From the NCBI GenBank assembly GCA_949358305.1, contig OX442314.1:22568001-22632000 (forward strand): a DNA stretch of 64,000 nucleotides, written 5' to 3'. The number at the start of each line of letters is the position of its first letter. Positions within the stretch are counted from its first letter, which is position 1. Both the position numbers and the translations under genes were made by a program. This DNA is from Strigamia acuminata (Eukaryota). The notes beneath the pieces were generated by a model. That model was given only the letters and a program-made list of their open reading frames with translations, was not told the DNA's origin and did not search any database. Below, piece after piece: positions 49,806-60,919 of this stretch.

Positions 49806-50134
49806 TTTGAAGATTCGCAAAGTCGATTTGTAACTAATTTTGACTAAAACTGTGTAAATTTACTACTTTTCTAACTTTTATGAATTCTCGAAATAAAGCA
49901 TGTCTTTTTTGGGTTAAGAACAAGTTTATTGTAATTTCTGGGGGTCACAAGTACAAATTCAGGGAAACAAAGGGTGAAACAAGATAATTTATGACACTTT
50001 TACAGCACTTCCGGTCACGCGTCATCCAATATCACTCAAAAACACCTCCTGCAGGTTGGCTTCTCTGTGCTGCGCCGTGCTCTTTCCCTCGAACTCGTGC
50101 GACCTTGTTACTTCTAACAACGCCAGTTTTCACA
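49806..50134 (-). repeat. 3' LTR
   Basis: Direct repeat of 55428-55756; no differences seen by eye. Confidence 0.95.
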
Positions 50135-53100
50135 CTGGGGCCGGAGTGGTATCACCACTCAACTCTTCCATGTCGTGAGTTTCCAGAACGCACAATCGCT
50201 GTACTGGTCGACGCAAGTTCTTTCCGACTGGTAACTTTATCTCACATGCGCGAACACGACCGTCTCGTCCACGGAATATCTCAACGACTCTTCCTATTTT
50301 CCAGGTCATCCTGGGCTGGTTTAACTCTTCTACGAGAACTACATCTCCTTGTTTAACTTCTCGTGAATTCTTATCATTTTTACGGTGAACTCTCAGCTCG
50401 GTGAGATATTCCTTTTGCCATCGCGTCCACCAATGTCCTAACTTCAGTTGACGGAGTTTCCAACGCTTCAAAATCGTGACTGATGTCGATGGCAACTGTT
50501 GAATCGTTTTTTGGCTGGGGTCTGGCAAAGTACAGCTTCGTTTTCCGACCAGAAAATGAGCTGGAGTGAGTGGGTGACTGTCTTCGTCTTCAGTGTATAC
50601 GTAGGAGAGTGGTCGCGAATTTATGCACGACTCGACTTCCGAGAGAATGGTTGTCAATTCTTCAAAATCTAGGGATGACTTTCCCAAGACCTTTTTCAAG
50701 CTGGACTTAGTTGACTTCACCATTCGCTCCCAAAAGCCACCCCACCACGGTGCACGTTCGACTATATACTGCCATTTCACGCCTCGTTCGGTCAGAAATC
50801 CTTGTATCTGTTCACCTCTCACTGCATTCAACAAAACACAAAGTTCTTTCTCTGTTCGCTTGAACGTCAGCGCATTGTCGGAGTAGATCGTGCTTGGGAC
50901 TCCTCTGCGCGCAAAAAATCGTTTCAATGCCTGAATGAATCGCTCCGTATTCATGCTTGAAACTAATTCCAAGTGCACGGCTCGAACAACCGCACACGTG
51001 AACACGACGATGTAGCATTTTTCTCCACTACGTTGGTACAATGGGCCCGCGAAGTCGACTCCAACGACTTGAAATGGCTCAGCTTGAGTGACACGATCTG
51101 GTGGCAACGATGATTCTGTCTGGCGCACGAAACGTCCTTGCACTCGCTTGCACACGAAACATTTGTGTAACACGCTTTTTACTGTCCTTCTCAGCTTTGG
51201 CATCCAAAACTTTTGACGAATTTCTGCCAAAGTCTCTCCAAGTCCACCGTGGAAAATTCTTTGATGTGCTTCTGAAACGATAAGAGTGGTTAAAATGTGA
51301 TTTGAGGGCAAAACATAAGGATTTTTCATGTTGCTGTCGATTTTTGCCCATCGCAATCTGGTATTCAATCGCATTAAACCATTTTCGTCTATATAACACG
51401 AGACTTTGTTCAAAAAAGAGTTATGAGCGAACTCCTGACGATGGCTGAGTGCTGCGAGTTCTGTTGCAAAGTTCGATTGTTGCATTACACGAAGCCAATA
51501 AAGCTCTGCTGCCGATAATTCATCCACCGTCAACGGTGCGCCATTTCTAACTTTGTCTCTGGTGTTTTTGACGAATCTTTGCACCCATCCGGTCACTCGT
51601 ACTAATCGTCTCCAGCTGCCGTATTTTGATGGCTCGTCCATCAATGGTGGCTCTGGAATCACGGCTGCTGCTGCCAAATAGTCATCTGAATCGATCTCGT
51701 CGCTATTCTCGTCTATTTTAATGTCTGGCCATTCGTTCTCGTCCTTCACAAGCCACTCGGGGCCATTCCACCACGTATTCGCTTGAATCAACGCCTCTGC
51801 ATCTATCCCTCGTGTTAGAAGGTCTGCTGGATTCTGGACTCCTGGACAGTGTCGCCAACTCGAAAAAGGTACGTGTATCTGGATTTCCTCCACTCTCCTG
51901 GCTACGAATGGAATGGCTTTCCTTTTCTCGTTCAACCAACACAAAACGATTGTCGAATCTGTCCAAGCTGTAACTTTTGCAGTGGTGAATTGTTTCAGTC
52001 TGTGCGCAATTCTGGCCAGCAGCAAAGCTCCCATCAACTCGAGTCTGGGCAACGTAATCGTCTTAATTGGTGCGATCCTGCATTTGGAAAGAATAAAAAA
52101 TACATTACAACTTCCATTTGGGTGACGCACACGATTGTACGCCACCACCCCGTACGCTAAGGGGCTTGCATCACAAAAAAGGTGGATTTCGTGATTGTTC
52201 AGGTCTGCATCCAAGCCAAAATGCCGTGGCACGCGAATATGTTCTAACAATGGCAACTGCACTTTCCATTTCTCCCATTGTTCGATAAGTTCGAGGGGGA
52301 CACGATTGTCCCACCCAATCTGCAACTTCCACAACTGCTGGAAAAACAGCTTTCCTGAAACTGTAAACGGCGAAGCAAATCCTAAAGGATCGAATATCTG
52401 TGCAACCAACTGAATAACCTGACGTTTAGTGTTCGAATCACGTTCTAAAGTTGCCCTCACATCCTCGAGTTCCAGTGATAAATCGTCTCTAACGCCGTTC
52501 CACTTTAACCCCAACACTTTTTGCTCATCCTCGAACGTTGCAGTTGGATGGTCAGCAGCAAATTGCTCTCGTAGCACTGGGGAATTGCTGTACCATTTCA
52601 CCAGCTCCATATTGGCTTCGAGCATGATGGTTGACGTCTTCTTGTAGACATCAATGGCTTCTGTTGTTGTCTTTTCACTGTTCAAAAAGTCATCAACATA
52701 AAATCTCTTTAACAATTTCATAATTAATTCGGGAAAACGATCTGCATATTGTTCGAGATGGTGTTGTATCGTTCCGTTCAAGAGATAGGGACTTGGAGAT
52801 GCTCCAAATAGGACTCTGGTTTGTCGGAGAATCTCCAACACGATTGGTCCTTCAACGTCCCATCCATCCGCGATCCACAGAAACCTCACCGCATCTCGGT
52901 CAGCTAACGCCAGCAAAATTTGATGAAACGCTTGTTTAATGTCTCCAATCAATGCCACAATGAATTGTCTGAAAAATAAAAGGGCATTGATTAATTCTGG
53001 AAGGAGATTCGGCCCTGTAAACAGGCAGTCGTTGAGAGAGCGACTCTTCTGCGCGTGCGACGAGGCGTCGTAGACTATGCGCAATTTTGTGGTGCTTCTC

Positions 53101-55328
53101 CGCTCTCGAATTACTGGTCGATGTGGGAGGTAGTAACACCCAGTCTGGTTGGCTACTTCTGGGGCCGTTTCGATTATTCCAGCGATTTTCTGGTCGTCCA
53201 GAACCTTCTTATAGCGGTGGTACAAGCCCGGATTTTGTTTAAACTTGCGAACAAGATTCCACAGTCTCTTAAGTGCAATTTGATAGTTGCTGTCCAACTC
53301 TGATTTGTCCAGCAACCAAGGCAGTCGCACCTCGTACCGCTCACCCGTCCAGTTGATGGACTCTTTAAATTTTGCTACTGCTTGATCATCTTCGTCCTGG
53401 GCGCTGGTGAGAGTTTCGTGGGGGATGCCTACTGCTTCCAACTCCCAAAAACGTTGAAGAAGGTGGTCGAGTCGGTCTTCGTACTGCACAAGATTCACGT
53501 GGGTTGCTGACTGTCTAACCGTTTCATCTTGGCTTCTGATCGCGCCGTGGATTGTCCAACCGAGAGACGTGTGAAGACACATCAATCCCTCATCTAAACG
53601 TTTTGATTCGCCTGTTACGATACGCCAAAAGTGGTCCGCTCCAATTAAAATTGCCACCTCGTCTTGCTGGGTCGACATCTGGTCGATGTTTAACGCGATC
53701 TTGTGTTTGCGCAACATCTCGCGCACGTTTGGTCCTGACTGCCTCGCGACTGAGTGAGTTATTCTTGGTACTTCAATTAATTCTAGATCAATAAATTTAT
53801 TAGTATCAGTTATATTTCGCAAAGTCACTTTTACGCGACGACGACAAACGCTTTCAGTTTTGGAATCGCCAAAACTAGAAATCTGCATGTTCTGCTTTCC
53901 CACTACTTGGGCATCGAGTTCATTCACTAGTTTCTGGCTAATAAACGATCTGTGGCTTCCGCCATCAAACATGCACTGCACCGCCTTGGTTTTACAGTTG
54001 GATTCCACATTTGTCATTAATACTTGCAAAAATAAGTCAGTGTTCTCTGCTGTAATTGCTGCTGCTGTCAACGTCGACACAAGAACGGTCTCTGGCTTGG
54101 TAGTCGGTGTCTCGCACAACAGGATATGGTGGAACCGCTCGCAGTTCACACACTTCTCTTTCTGGGGACAGCTGCGTGCCATATGTTTGCTGCCCAAACA
54201 TCTAAAACACGTTCGTTTCGTCATGCACCGCTTCAATCGATCTGGAATGTTGAGCGGACAATCTTCTTTCTTGTGCGACGCATCGTCGCAGAATACGCAA
54301 CTGGATGATGAAACGTTGGTAGTCAATGCATTGGCTGAGGCTATTTTGTCGTTACGCGTCGGCTTCTTGTAGTCGACGAACGTCTTGGCGGCTGGTTTCT
54401 CTGTCTGGTCGCTCACGGCTACGTGTTCTTCTCGTAACTCCAGTTCGGCTCTGAAAAACTCCAAAAACAGTTTCATATCGTGAGTGTTTTCTTTATTTTT
54501 GCGTGCAAAATCAAGTGCAATAACGTCAGGCACCGCATTTCGTATCAATGGACACAATACAATTCCAAACGTGGCTGTATCGATTTCTTCAGTCTCGAGA
54601 CTTCGAATATGCAATTCGCACGTGTCGTAGAGTCTACGCAACTCAACGAGGTCGCTAACTCGTTTTACTGGTTTAAGTTTCATCAAAGTCTGAATGTGAG
54701 CGTTCACGATGACTTCTTTTCGCCCAAATCGATTTTGAAGTAAAGTCACTGCAGTTTCATAGTTCTCATCGCTGATTTTGAGACCATGAACAACTGTTGC
54801 TGCAGTACCTTCGAGAACTGAGTTCAAATATACGAATTTGGCTTTTGCTGTAAGTGAACCGTTGCCGTGGACACTCAACTCGAAATTGGACCAAAACTTT
54901 GACCACTCAACAGGATTCCCGCTGAAATTCCGCATTACTAACTTTGGCAGCTTTATTGTCCCTTCGCCTGAGTTGCTCGTGACGCTGCCGCCGATTGGAA
55001 TCGCTGGGGGTATAACTGGTGCTGGTGGCCGTAAAAGTTCTTCCAATTTGACTTCAATATCGGTAAGAGAGTCGATTATCAACTCACGGAAATCTTCGTT
55101 GTCGCTTTCTTCTTTCTCCAAATCCGCACGCGTAACAATCATCGGCGATATCTTATCGTCGAGCGCTGTCAATTGTTCACTCTTTGCTAACAACTGGTTT
55201 TTTAATCGTTTCAACGCGAGGATTTCTGGAGCAACGTTGGCTAATTCGACGAGTACCGCATTACATAACCGCTTGGCTCCTTCTCTGGACGTGGCTTGTT
55301 GAGCGCGCAAACGATCAAGGGCGTCCAT
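50130..55328 (-). CDS. BEL/Pao gag-pol polyprotein (~1730 aa)
   Basis: Gag (KLPKL..FSGNP.EW), three Cys/His knuckles, protease FDGGS, RT (YYLPH, FYVDD), RNase H (HLFCDAS, PRLEL), integrase (HHCC, VDFAGP, YSDNA, WWGGFWERMV). First ATG at 55328. Confidence 0.96.
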   Translation of the reverse strand: MDALDRLRAQQATSREGAKRLCNAVLVELANVAPEILALKRLKNQLLAKSEQLTALDDKISPMIVTRADLEKEESDNEDFRELIIDSLTDIEVKLEELLRPPAPVIPPAIPIGGSVTSNSGEGTIKLPKLVMRNFSGNPVEWSKFWSNFELSVHGNGSLTAKAKFVYLNSVLEGTAATVVHGLKISDENYETAVTLLQNRFGRKEVIVNAHIQTLMKLKPVKRVSDLVELRRLYDTCELHIRSLETEEIDTATFGIVLCPLIRNAVPDVIALDFARKNKENTHDMKLFLEFFRAELELREEHVAVSDQTEKPAAKTFVDYKKPTRNDKIASANALTTNVSSSSCVFCDDASHKKEDCPLNIPDRLKRCMTKRTCFRCLGSKHMARSCPQKEKCVNCERFHHILLCETPTTKPETVLVSTLTAAAITAENTDLFLQVLMTNVESNCKTKAVQCMFDGGSHRSFISQKLVNELDAQVVGKQNMQISSFGDSKTESVCRRRVKVTLRNITDTNKFIDLELIEVPRITHSVARQSGPNVREMLRKHKIALNIDQMSTQQDEVAILIGADHFWRIVTGESKRLDEGLMCLHTSLGWTIHGAIRSQDETVRQSATHVNLVQYEDRLDHLLQRFWELEAVGIPHETLTSAQDEDDQAVAKFKESINWTGERYEVRLPWLLDKSELDSNYQIALKRLWNLVRKFKQNPGLYHRYKKVLDDQKIAGIIETAPEVANQTGCYYLPHRPVIRERRSTTKLRIVYDASSHAQKSRSLNDCLFTGPNLLPELINALLFFRQFIVALIGDIKQAFHQILLALADRDAVRFLWIADGWDVEGPIVLEILRQTRVLFGASPSPYLLNGTIQHHLEQYADRFPELIMKLLKRFYVDDFLNSEKTTTEAIDVYKKTSTIMLEANMELVKWYSNSPVLREQFAADHPTATFEDEQKVLGLKWNGVRDDLSLELEDVRATLERDSNTKRQVIQLVAQIFDPLGFASPFTVSGKLFFQQLWKLQIGWDNRVPLELIEQWEKWKVQLPLLEHIRVPRHFGLDADLNNHEIHLFCDASPLAYGVVAYNRVRHPNGSCNVFFILSKCRIAPIKTITLPRLELMGALLLARIAHRLKQFTTAKVTAWTDSTIVLCWLNEKRKAIPFVARRVEEIQIHVPFSSWRHCPGVQNPADLLTRGIDAEALIQANTWWNGPEWLVKDENEWPDIKIDENSDEIDSDDYLAAAAVIPEPPLMDEPSKYGSWRRLVRVTGWVQRFVKNTRDKVRNGAPLTVDELSAAELYWLRVMQQSNFATELAALSHRQEFAHNSFLNKVSCYIDENGLMRLNTRLRWAKIDSNMKNPYVLPSNHILTTLIVSEAHQRIFHGGLGETLAEIRQKFWMPKLRRTVKSVLHKCFVCKRVQGRFVRQTESSLPPDRVTQAEPFQVVGVDFAGPLYQRSGEKCYIVVFTCAVVRAVHLELVSSMNTERFIQALKRFFARRGVPSTIYSDNALTFKRTEKELCVLLNAVRGEQIQGFLTERGVKWQYIVERAPWWGGFWERMVKSTKSSLKKVLGKSSLDFEELTTILSEVESCINSRPLSYVYTEDEDSHPLTPAHFLVGKRSCTLPDPSQKTIQQLPSTSVTILKRWKLRQLKLGHWWTRWQKEYLTELRVHRKNDKNSREVKQGDVVLVEELNQPRMTWKIGRVVEIFRGRDGRVRACEIKLPVGKNLRRPVQRLCVLETHDMEELSGDTTPAPV

Positions 55329-55409
55329 TTTGAAATTTTCGGTCAAAATTCGGCGTGGTCGGCTTTACGATGCTGTTTTCTACTTATTTCTGTCCGGATT
55401 CACTGATTT

Positions 55410-55427
55410 TCCCGGGTTTCGGCACCA
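55410..55427 (-). other. Primer-binding site complementary to tRNA-Phe 3' end
   Basis: Minus strand TGGTGCCGAAACCCGGGA directly after the 5' LTR; matches the recalled 3' 18 nt of metazoan tRNA-Phe(GAA). Confidence 0.85.
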
Positions 55428-55756
55428 TTTGAAGATTCGCAAAGTCGATTTGTAACTAATTTTGACTAAAACTGTGTAAATTTACTACTTTTCTAACTTT
55501 TATGAATTCTCGAAATAAAGCATGTCTTTTTTGGGTTAAGAACAAGTTTATTGTAATTTCTGGGGGTCACAAGTACAAATTCAGGGAAACAAAGGGTGAA
55601 ACAAGATAATTTATGACACTTTTACAGCACTTCCGGTCACGCGTCATCCAATATCACTCAAAAACACCTCCTGCAGGTTGGCTTCTCTGTGCTGCGCCGT
55701 GCTCTTTCCCTCGAACTCGTGCGACCTTGTTACTTCTAACAACGCCAGTTTTCACA
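55428..55756 (-). repeat. 5' LTR
   Basis: Direct repeat of 49806-50134; begins TGTGAA on the element strand. Confidence 0.95.
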
Positions 55757-57291
55757 GTAGTCTTCAAAAGTCGATATTTATCTAATAATAATAATAATAC
55801 ACAGCTCATAAACACACGCCGCTCCGATTGGTAATGTAATTTTGGTTGAAAAGGTCGCAGTGGCAAGGCGAAATAGAAATATAGAATATGGCTTTTTTAT
55901 TTTTTATTTATCTAGTGGAAAAATATTTTCCAATTTCCAAAATAAAAAAAAATAAAAATAAAAAAATATATATTATTGGTACTGTAATAATAATAATTTG
56001 GCTTGATTTTTTTTTTTTTTTTTTATCCTTTTTTTCTATTTTCTAGTCGCAGTTAGTTGAAGTTCCACAGTTGCAAAATTATATTGGTTTTTGTGGTTTG
56101 AAGAAAAAAATATCTTCAAAAGCAAATAAGTATTATTAAATTTCGTCATTTTTATTCACGACCGAGCGAGTTAAACACCTCAATTTACAATTCAATTGCA
56201 CACTTCCCAAAGACAACACATAATCCAGCCTGAAATCTGCTCAAGAGTTAAAATTTGTTCCAAACTTATAGTTATTTCAAAAATTAAGACCCAAGTTACA
56301 ACTCTCTACATTATGCTGTGTTTAAATTCCATTACCATTCACTTTAAGTGCATCTAAATTGAATATAATTTAGCGCTCCAACTGTACAAGACCACAGCAT
56401 GATAGTTCATCATACAATAATCAACTTAAATGTACCTTCTCATATTCGCAATTGGAAGAGAAATGAAGCGAATCAATATTTCCATCTAAATATAAATAAT
56501 CTCAACCGTTCTATTAAAGCCATTAAAACTAACAGCACAAAAATATCATTAAATATTTACACCCATAAAATTCATAATTCGAAAAACAAACCTTTTTTTT
56601 TTATTTGTTTAAGCTCTTAAATCATTTTGTCCTAAATTTAATTAAATATTAATTTAATTTTCTCTCGAAAAGGTTATCTATTTTGCTAAAAACGTGTGCG
56701 TGCTGTGAAATTAATTAAGTAATCCCATCTAAAGTGTGTTGTACACATTCGTGGAAATAGTTTCCTACTGAGAAGAAAACTGTGGGTGAAAGAGAAAGAT
56801 TATACGTTTTTCGAGGTAAGTGGAAAACTTACCTGTTAGTACGTATTGCTAAGAGAGAAAGTCACCTCTTTTTTTATTACATCAGGCCATTTCCACGTGT
56901 AATCAAGAAGAGGTGTCTCCTAAAAACAAAAATCTCCAATTACAATTGATTTCAAAAAGATTAAAATTAAATTTTTTTAAAATAAAAATAATCAGAATTT
57001 TATACAAAAAAAAAATATTTAAAAAAAATACAAAAATCGTTTCATAGCTCACAAGAAAGTGTTAATTTATTCACTGAAACCTCTTTAAATTAATGAAAGC
57101 GGTGTTTCAAAGCTTTCCATTCCAAGAACGCCTTAATCCATATTATTGTGTTTAATTTAGATGTTTATTGTCAAACTGCAAAAAGAATTTGTTGAATGGA
57201 GTGGAAAAAAGAAAAAAAAATCTCATTCAAATATAGCTCTTAAAAAACAAATCAATTATTGATCAGGTTTTATCTCTAATAAATTCAACTA

Positions 57292-57359
57292 GGGCGGAGG
57301 CGTCGGTTGCTAAGCAACTTGGATGAAGTTGTTCGCCCGTTCAAGGTAGCCATAGCAAC
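57292..57359. promoter_or_regulatory. GC box plus two X-box-like motifs
   Basis: gggcgg at ~57292, GTTGCTAAGCAAC (57306-57318) and GTAGCCATAGCAAC (57346-57359) in a GC-richer patch. Confidence 0.45.
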
Positions 57360-59295
57360 CACTTGATGGGCAAAAGTAAAGAGTAGTTGGAAGTAATGCC
57401 CTGAGACTTCCTTCCCAACTCCCTAAACTAATTAAATAGAAGTAAAAAATCACGAGCAATTTCAATTTGCTTTTTCAATAATCATTTATTTACTTATTTT
57501 CAAAAATTGTTTAATTGACTAGAAATTTAAAGTTCGTGTTGAAAATTGCGCGATTAATTTCTCGATTCACTTTAGCAAATTGTGTAGAAAACAAATAATA
57601 CGAGACATTTACAAAGTATATAAATAACTTTTATCGGTGGAAAGAAAAAGCAATTGCTCGAGGAAAACATCACGAGTTTATGCGAAGAATACAAATATTT
57701 GTATTCACCGCATGAACTTTCGATTCACTCTGCTTTGAGCCATGCGTGGCACAAACATTGAACTGTTAAGCAACAAAACTATTTGAATGATAAACAAATG
57801 AAATAAACGATTTCAATATAAATTCAAGCATTTTTTTCGCATTTTTTTGTATTTTCCAATTCGAATTTCGATAGTTTAGGCTGATTGATTAAACAAAAAT
57901 GTGTTTTTGGTCCTAGTAAACAAGTATTAATCATTCGACAAAGCCAGCAGAACGACCAACGAAGTCAAAGTCAGGAAACCTGGACATTTTTCAGCATACT
58001 TTATCATTTGCCCCCTTGAGCTTTGCGGCGTTACACCAACAAATTGAAGGAAACGTGGCGCAAAAAATAAAACGACAATTTGAAAGTGTATTTATTGGAA
58101 TAGTTTTCTTCGCTGGATTGGTCCACGGCGCCCCAATACAAATAAAAAGATATAAAAAAAAATTGAAATTGATCGACATCTCAAGTTTGTTGACAATAAT
58201 TTAGTAAATTTCATTTCGATGAGAATAAAAAAAAATTGTTTACAAAAATTTATCTGGAACCTTGAAATGATGACGAACCAATCTCTAACAAATTATTTCC
58301 TGTCTAAGTAAGTAATCAAAAATAAAAATAAAAAATAATAATAAAAAAAAACTTTAAAAAAAAAAAAAACTTAAAAAAATTGCTTACAATATTCGGTTCT
58401 AGACATCTAATCGAAATGCACGTATTTTTCGTTAACCCGCGGAAAAAATTTCAAGTTCTAAATTTTCGCAGTGAATTCTTACCACGTGTGTCACACATTC
58501 CAAACTGTTTTATGGCAGAATAAAAATGCACTGCAAAAATAGTGTAACGCTTCTCCCTAGTGTTAAATTACACCACAAAGGTGTAATAGACATGACACTT
58601 TCATCCTTTTGCACTTTATGGTGCAAACTCTTCGGTGTAAACGTACTCCTTCGTGCAAATGAATTCCACTGCAAAGTAGCATTACTCCTTCATTGGTGTT
58701 ACCGTACATTCCACCATAGCATCATTTTTCACCATTTTTACTACATTTAAGCTCACATCCTCAACGTAAACCTTTTAACACCTATTTCGCACCACTTAAA
58801 ACCCCACAAAATTCTCACGTAATGTAACACAATGCGTTTACACCTTTTTACATCACTTATTTAAAAAAAAAATAAAACTTCCGCTTAACTAAACCTAAAC
58901 AAAGTCAACCCAACTCTTTGCTTTAACCGTCAATTGATTTTTAAGATGCACAAACACACCGCCCATTAGATCCAAATTTTAACATTTATTTTTACTAGAA
59001 CTCCACTAGAGATAACATAATCACATAACAAACTATAAACTTGGGAACTGTACACTTGAAAAAATAAAAATAGGCCTGAATGTTTCTATTTATTTTTTAT
59101 TTATTTTTTCTAAATTTATTTTTTAAATAACCACCATCACGAATACACTATCTATAAGACATGTGGTCAGTGTGAAGGCGGGATTCACAAGTTCGCCTCG
59201 CCTTTATTGGTTCTATTCCATTCAAGTGTTGCTTCAAGTATTTCTCAAGCAGAGCCTTTGATCCCATCCACTAGAAAATTCATTCACCAAACACC

Positions 59296-59385
59296 ATGTT
59301 AGTAGACAAGGAAGCACAAAGCATCTTAGTCAATTACCTCATTCTCATCGTGCTGCTTGCAATTCTTTGGATTCTATTCTTTGGT
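59296..59385 (+). CDS. Sarcolamban-like transmembrane micropeptide, coding exon A
   Basis: cacc-ATG; MLVDKEAQSILVNYLILIVLLAILWILFFG, then phase-0 donor GTAAGT. Completed by M* (60914) or V* (61996). Confidence 0.75.
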
Positions 59386-60716
59386 GTAAGTACTCTTCAC
59401 GCATGACCTTCTTTCAGCCCCTTTTTATTTCACTTTAAATAATTAAATACGAATTGATTATTAAAAGTGACAAGTGCATTTATCTTGGTCACTTTTTTCC
59501 ACTCTGTGTCGACATTAATTTCCATTTAATACATCAAATTGGCCTTATTCTGATAAAACTGGCGCCTAGAGTGCCAAACGAACTCACTAGGGCCGAGAAT
59601 TATATTAAATACAAGAGTGGAACCATAATTAACTGTTATTTTATTTTGTTTTTCAATTTTCTATAAATTATAAATGATCTGGAAAAATACCTGGAACCGA
59701 ATCCAATCATTTTATGACGATGATCGCATCACTGAACCCATTTATTCAATCATAAAAATAGCTTAACTATCAGAAAACACTCATGTTGAGCTTCAATAAC
59801 CTTTCTTATTAAAAAAATAAATGATTTTACCATCTGCTGCACAGATATAATCTTTTACTCCTAAATTTAACATGTAAAATTGCTCCAATGTTATCCCAAC
59901 AAATATTTCCAAAATCCTAACAATTTTCATTAGAATTTTTTTTTAGCACTATGATTCAAATTCTAGAAATCCTTAAAATCCCACGATTTCCACGAATGAC
60001 ATCAGTATCCACCATTTTAATTATAGAAAGTGCACCTCTAAACACTAACTGCAAACAAAGAAATTAATTCCATTAAAATCTAAATTTAAAATTAAAAAAA
60101 AAAAACCGACAACATCAACAACAACAAAGGAATGATGTAATTTGCTAAATATACGTCTCCATCACCTTGGCTTTAAATTTATAAGATCAAAGCCCAGTAA
60201 AAGTGCTTTGAACAACAAGTATTCAATTCAATTTGCTTCATCCCTTTGTCCTTGTCAAATGTCAAGTTCCTTTCGGGCTTTCAGGTGGTTAGTTATCACC
60301 TGGAAGATTGCCATTGGCCATAACCTGTCTAAAATTAGAATATTCCAACTTGGTAAAGCGCCTTTAAACGATCACACTGGCCCAAATAAACCCCCCAAGG
60401 CCCCAACAAGCAATTGTCCTCTAACGTCCAATCTCTAACCTCCAATTCTTCATTCAACTATTCACCCAAGTGCCCAAACTCAATGCCAAGTTCAATCAAG
60501 TCCAAAACAAAGACTAAAAATAGTGTTTTGGTCCAATTGGTCCCATTGGTCGTGAAAGAGTTCAGTGAATGTGCCTCCTCTGTGATTGGGCATCTAAAAA
60601 AAATTTTTTTTTTCGACCAAGAATAAATATGTGGTGTGAGATATAAATAGTTGACTTTAGTTACCATCATAAGAGATTAAAAACTCAGTGGTAGATCTCT
60701 AAAAACTTGCATCAAA

Positions 60717-60919
60717 ATGGATCAAACTGCTCAACTGATGATGGTCAATTATGCCATCTTGATCATTCTGCTGCTAATCCTCTGGGCACTCTACTTGGGG
60801 GTGAGTTCATTTAACCTTAATTTAACCTTAACTTATTTCTCTAACTATTTTGGAGGGAGGGAAAGGTATGTAATTTAATCAACATCATATGACTTTTCAT
60901 TTTGCTTCTTTAGATGTAA
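60717..60919 (+). CDS. Sarcolamban-like transmembrane micropeptide, coding exon B plus M-stop exon
   Basis: caaa-ATG; MDQTAQLMMVNYAILIILLLILWALYLG (60717-60800), donor GTGAGT, acceptor ttag|ATG TAA (60914-60919). Confidence 0.75.

Larger units (their letters stand above)
49806..55756 (-). mobile_element. Full-length BEL/Pao LTR retrotransposon
   Basis: Two 329-bp LTRs, 5-bp TSD gtagt (49801-49805, 55757-55761), tRNA-Phe PBS and a single gag-pol ORF. Confidence 0.97.

Noticed and set aside
55410..55427. tRNA-Phe gene
   Set aside because: Only the 3' 18 nt including CCA are present; this is the PBS.
49991..55866. Plus-strand ORFs over the retrotransposon and duplicated LTR ORFs
   Set aside because: Antisense shadows of gag-pol and LTR sequence.
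58016..58204. ORF with hydrophobic VFIGIVFFAGLVHGAP segment
   Set aside because: No ATG, no convincing donor, and no similarity to the neighbouring micropeptides.
58529..58860. CACTGCAAAAA transposon-like end
   Set aside because: No matching opposite terminus or TSD found.
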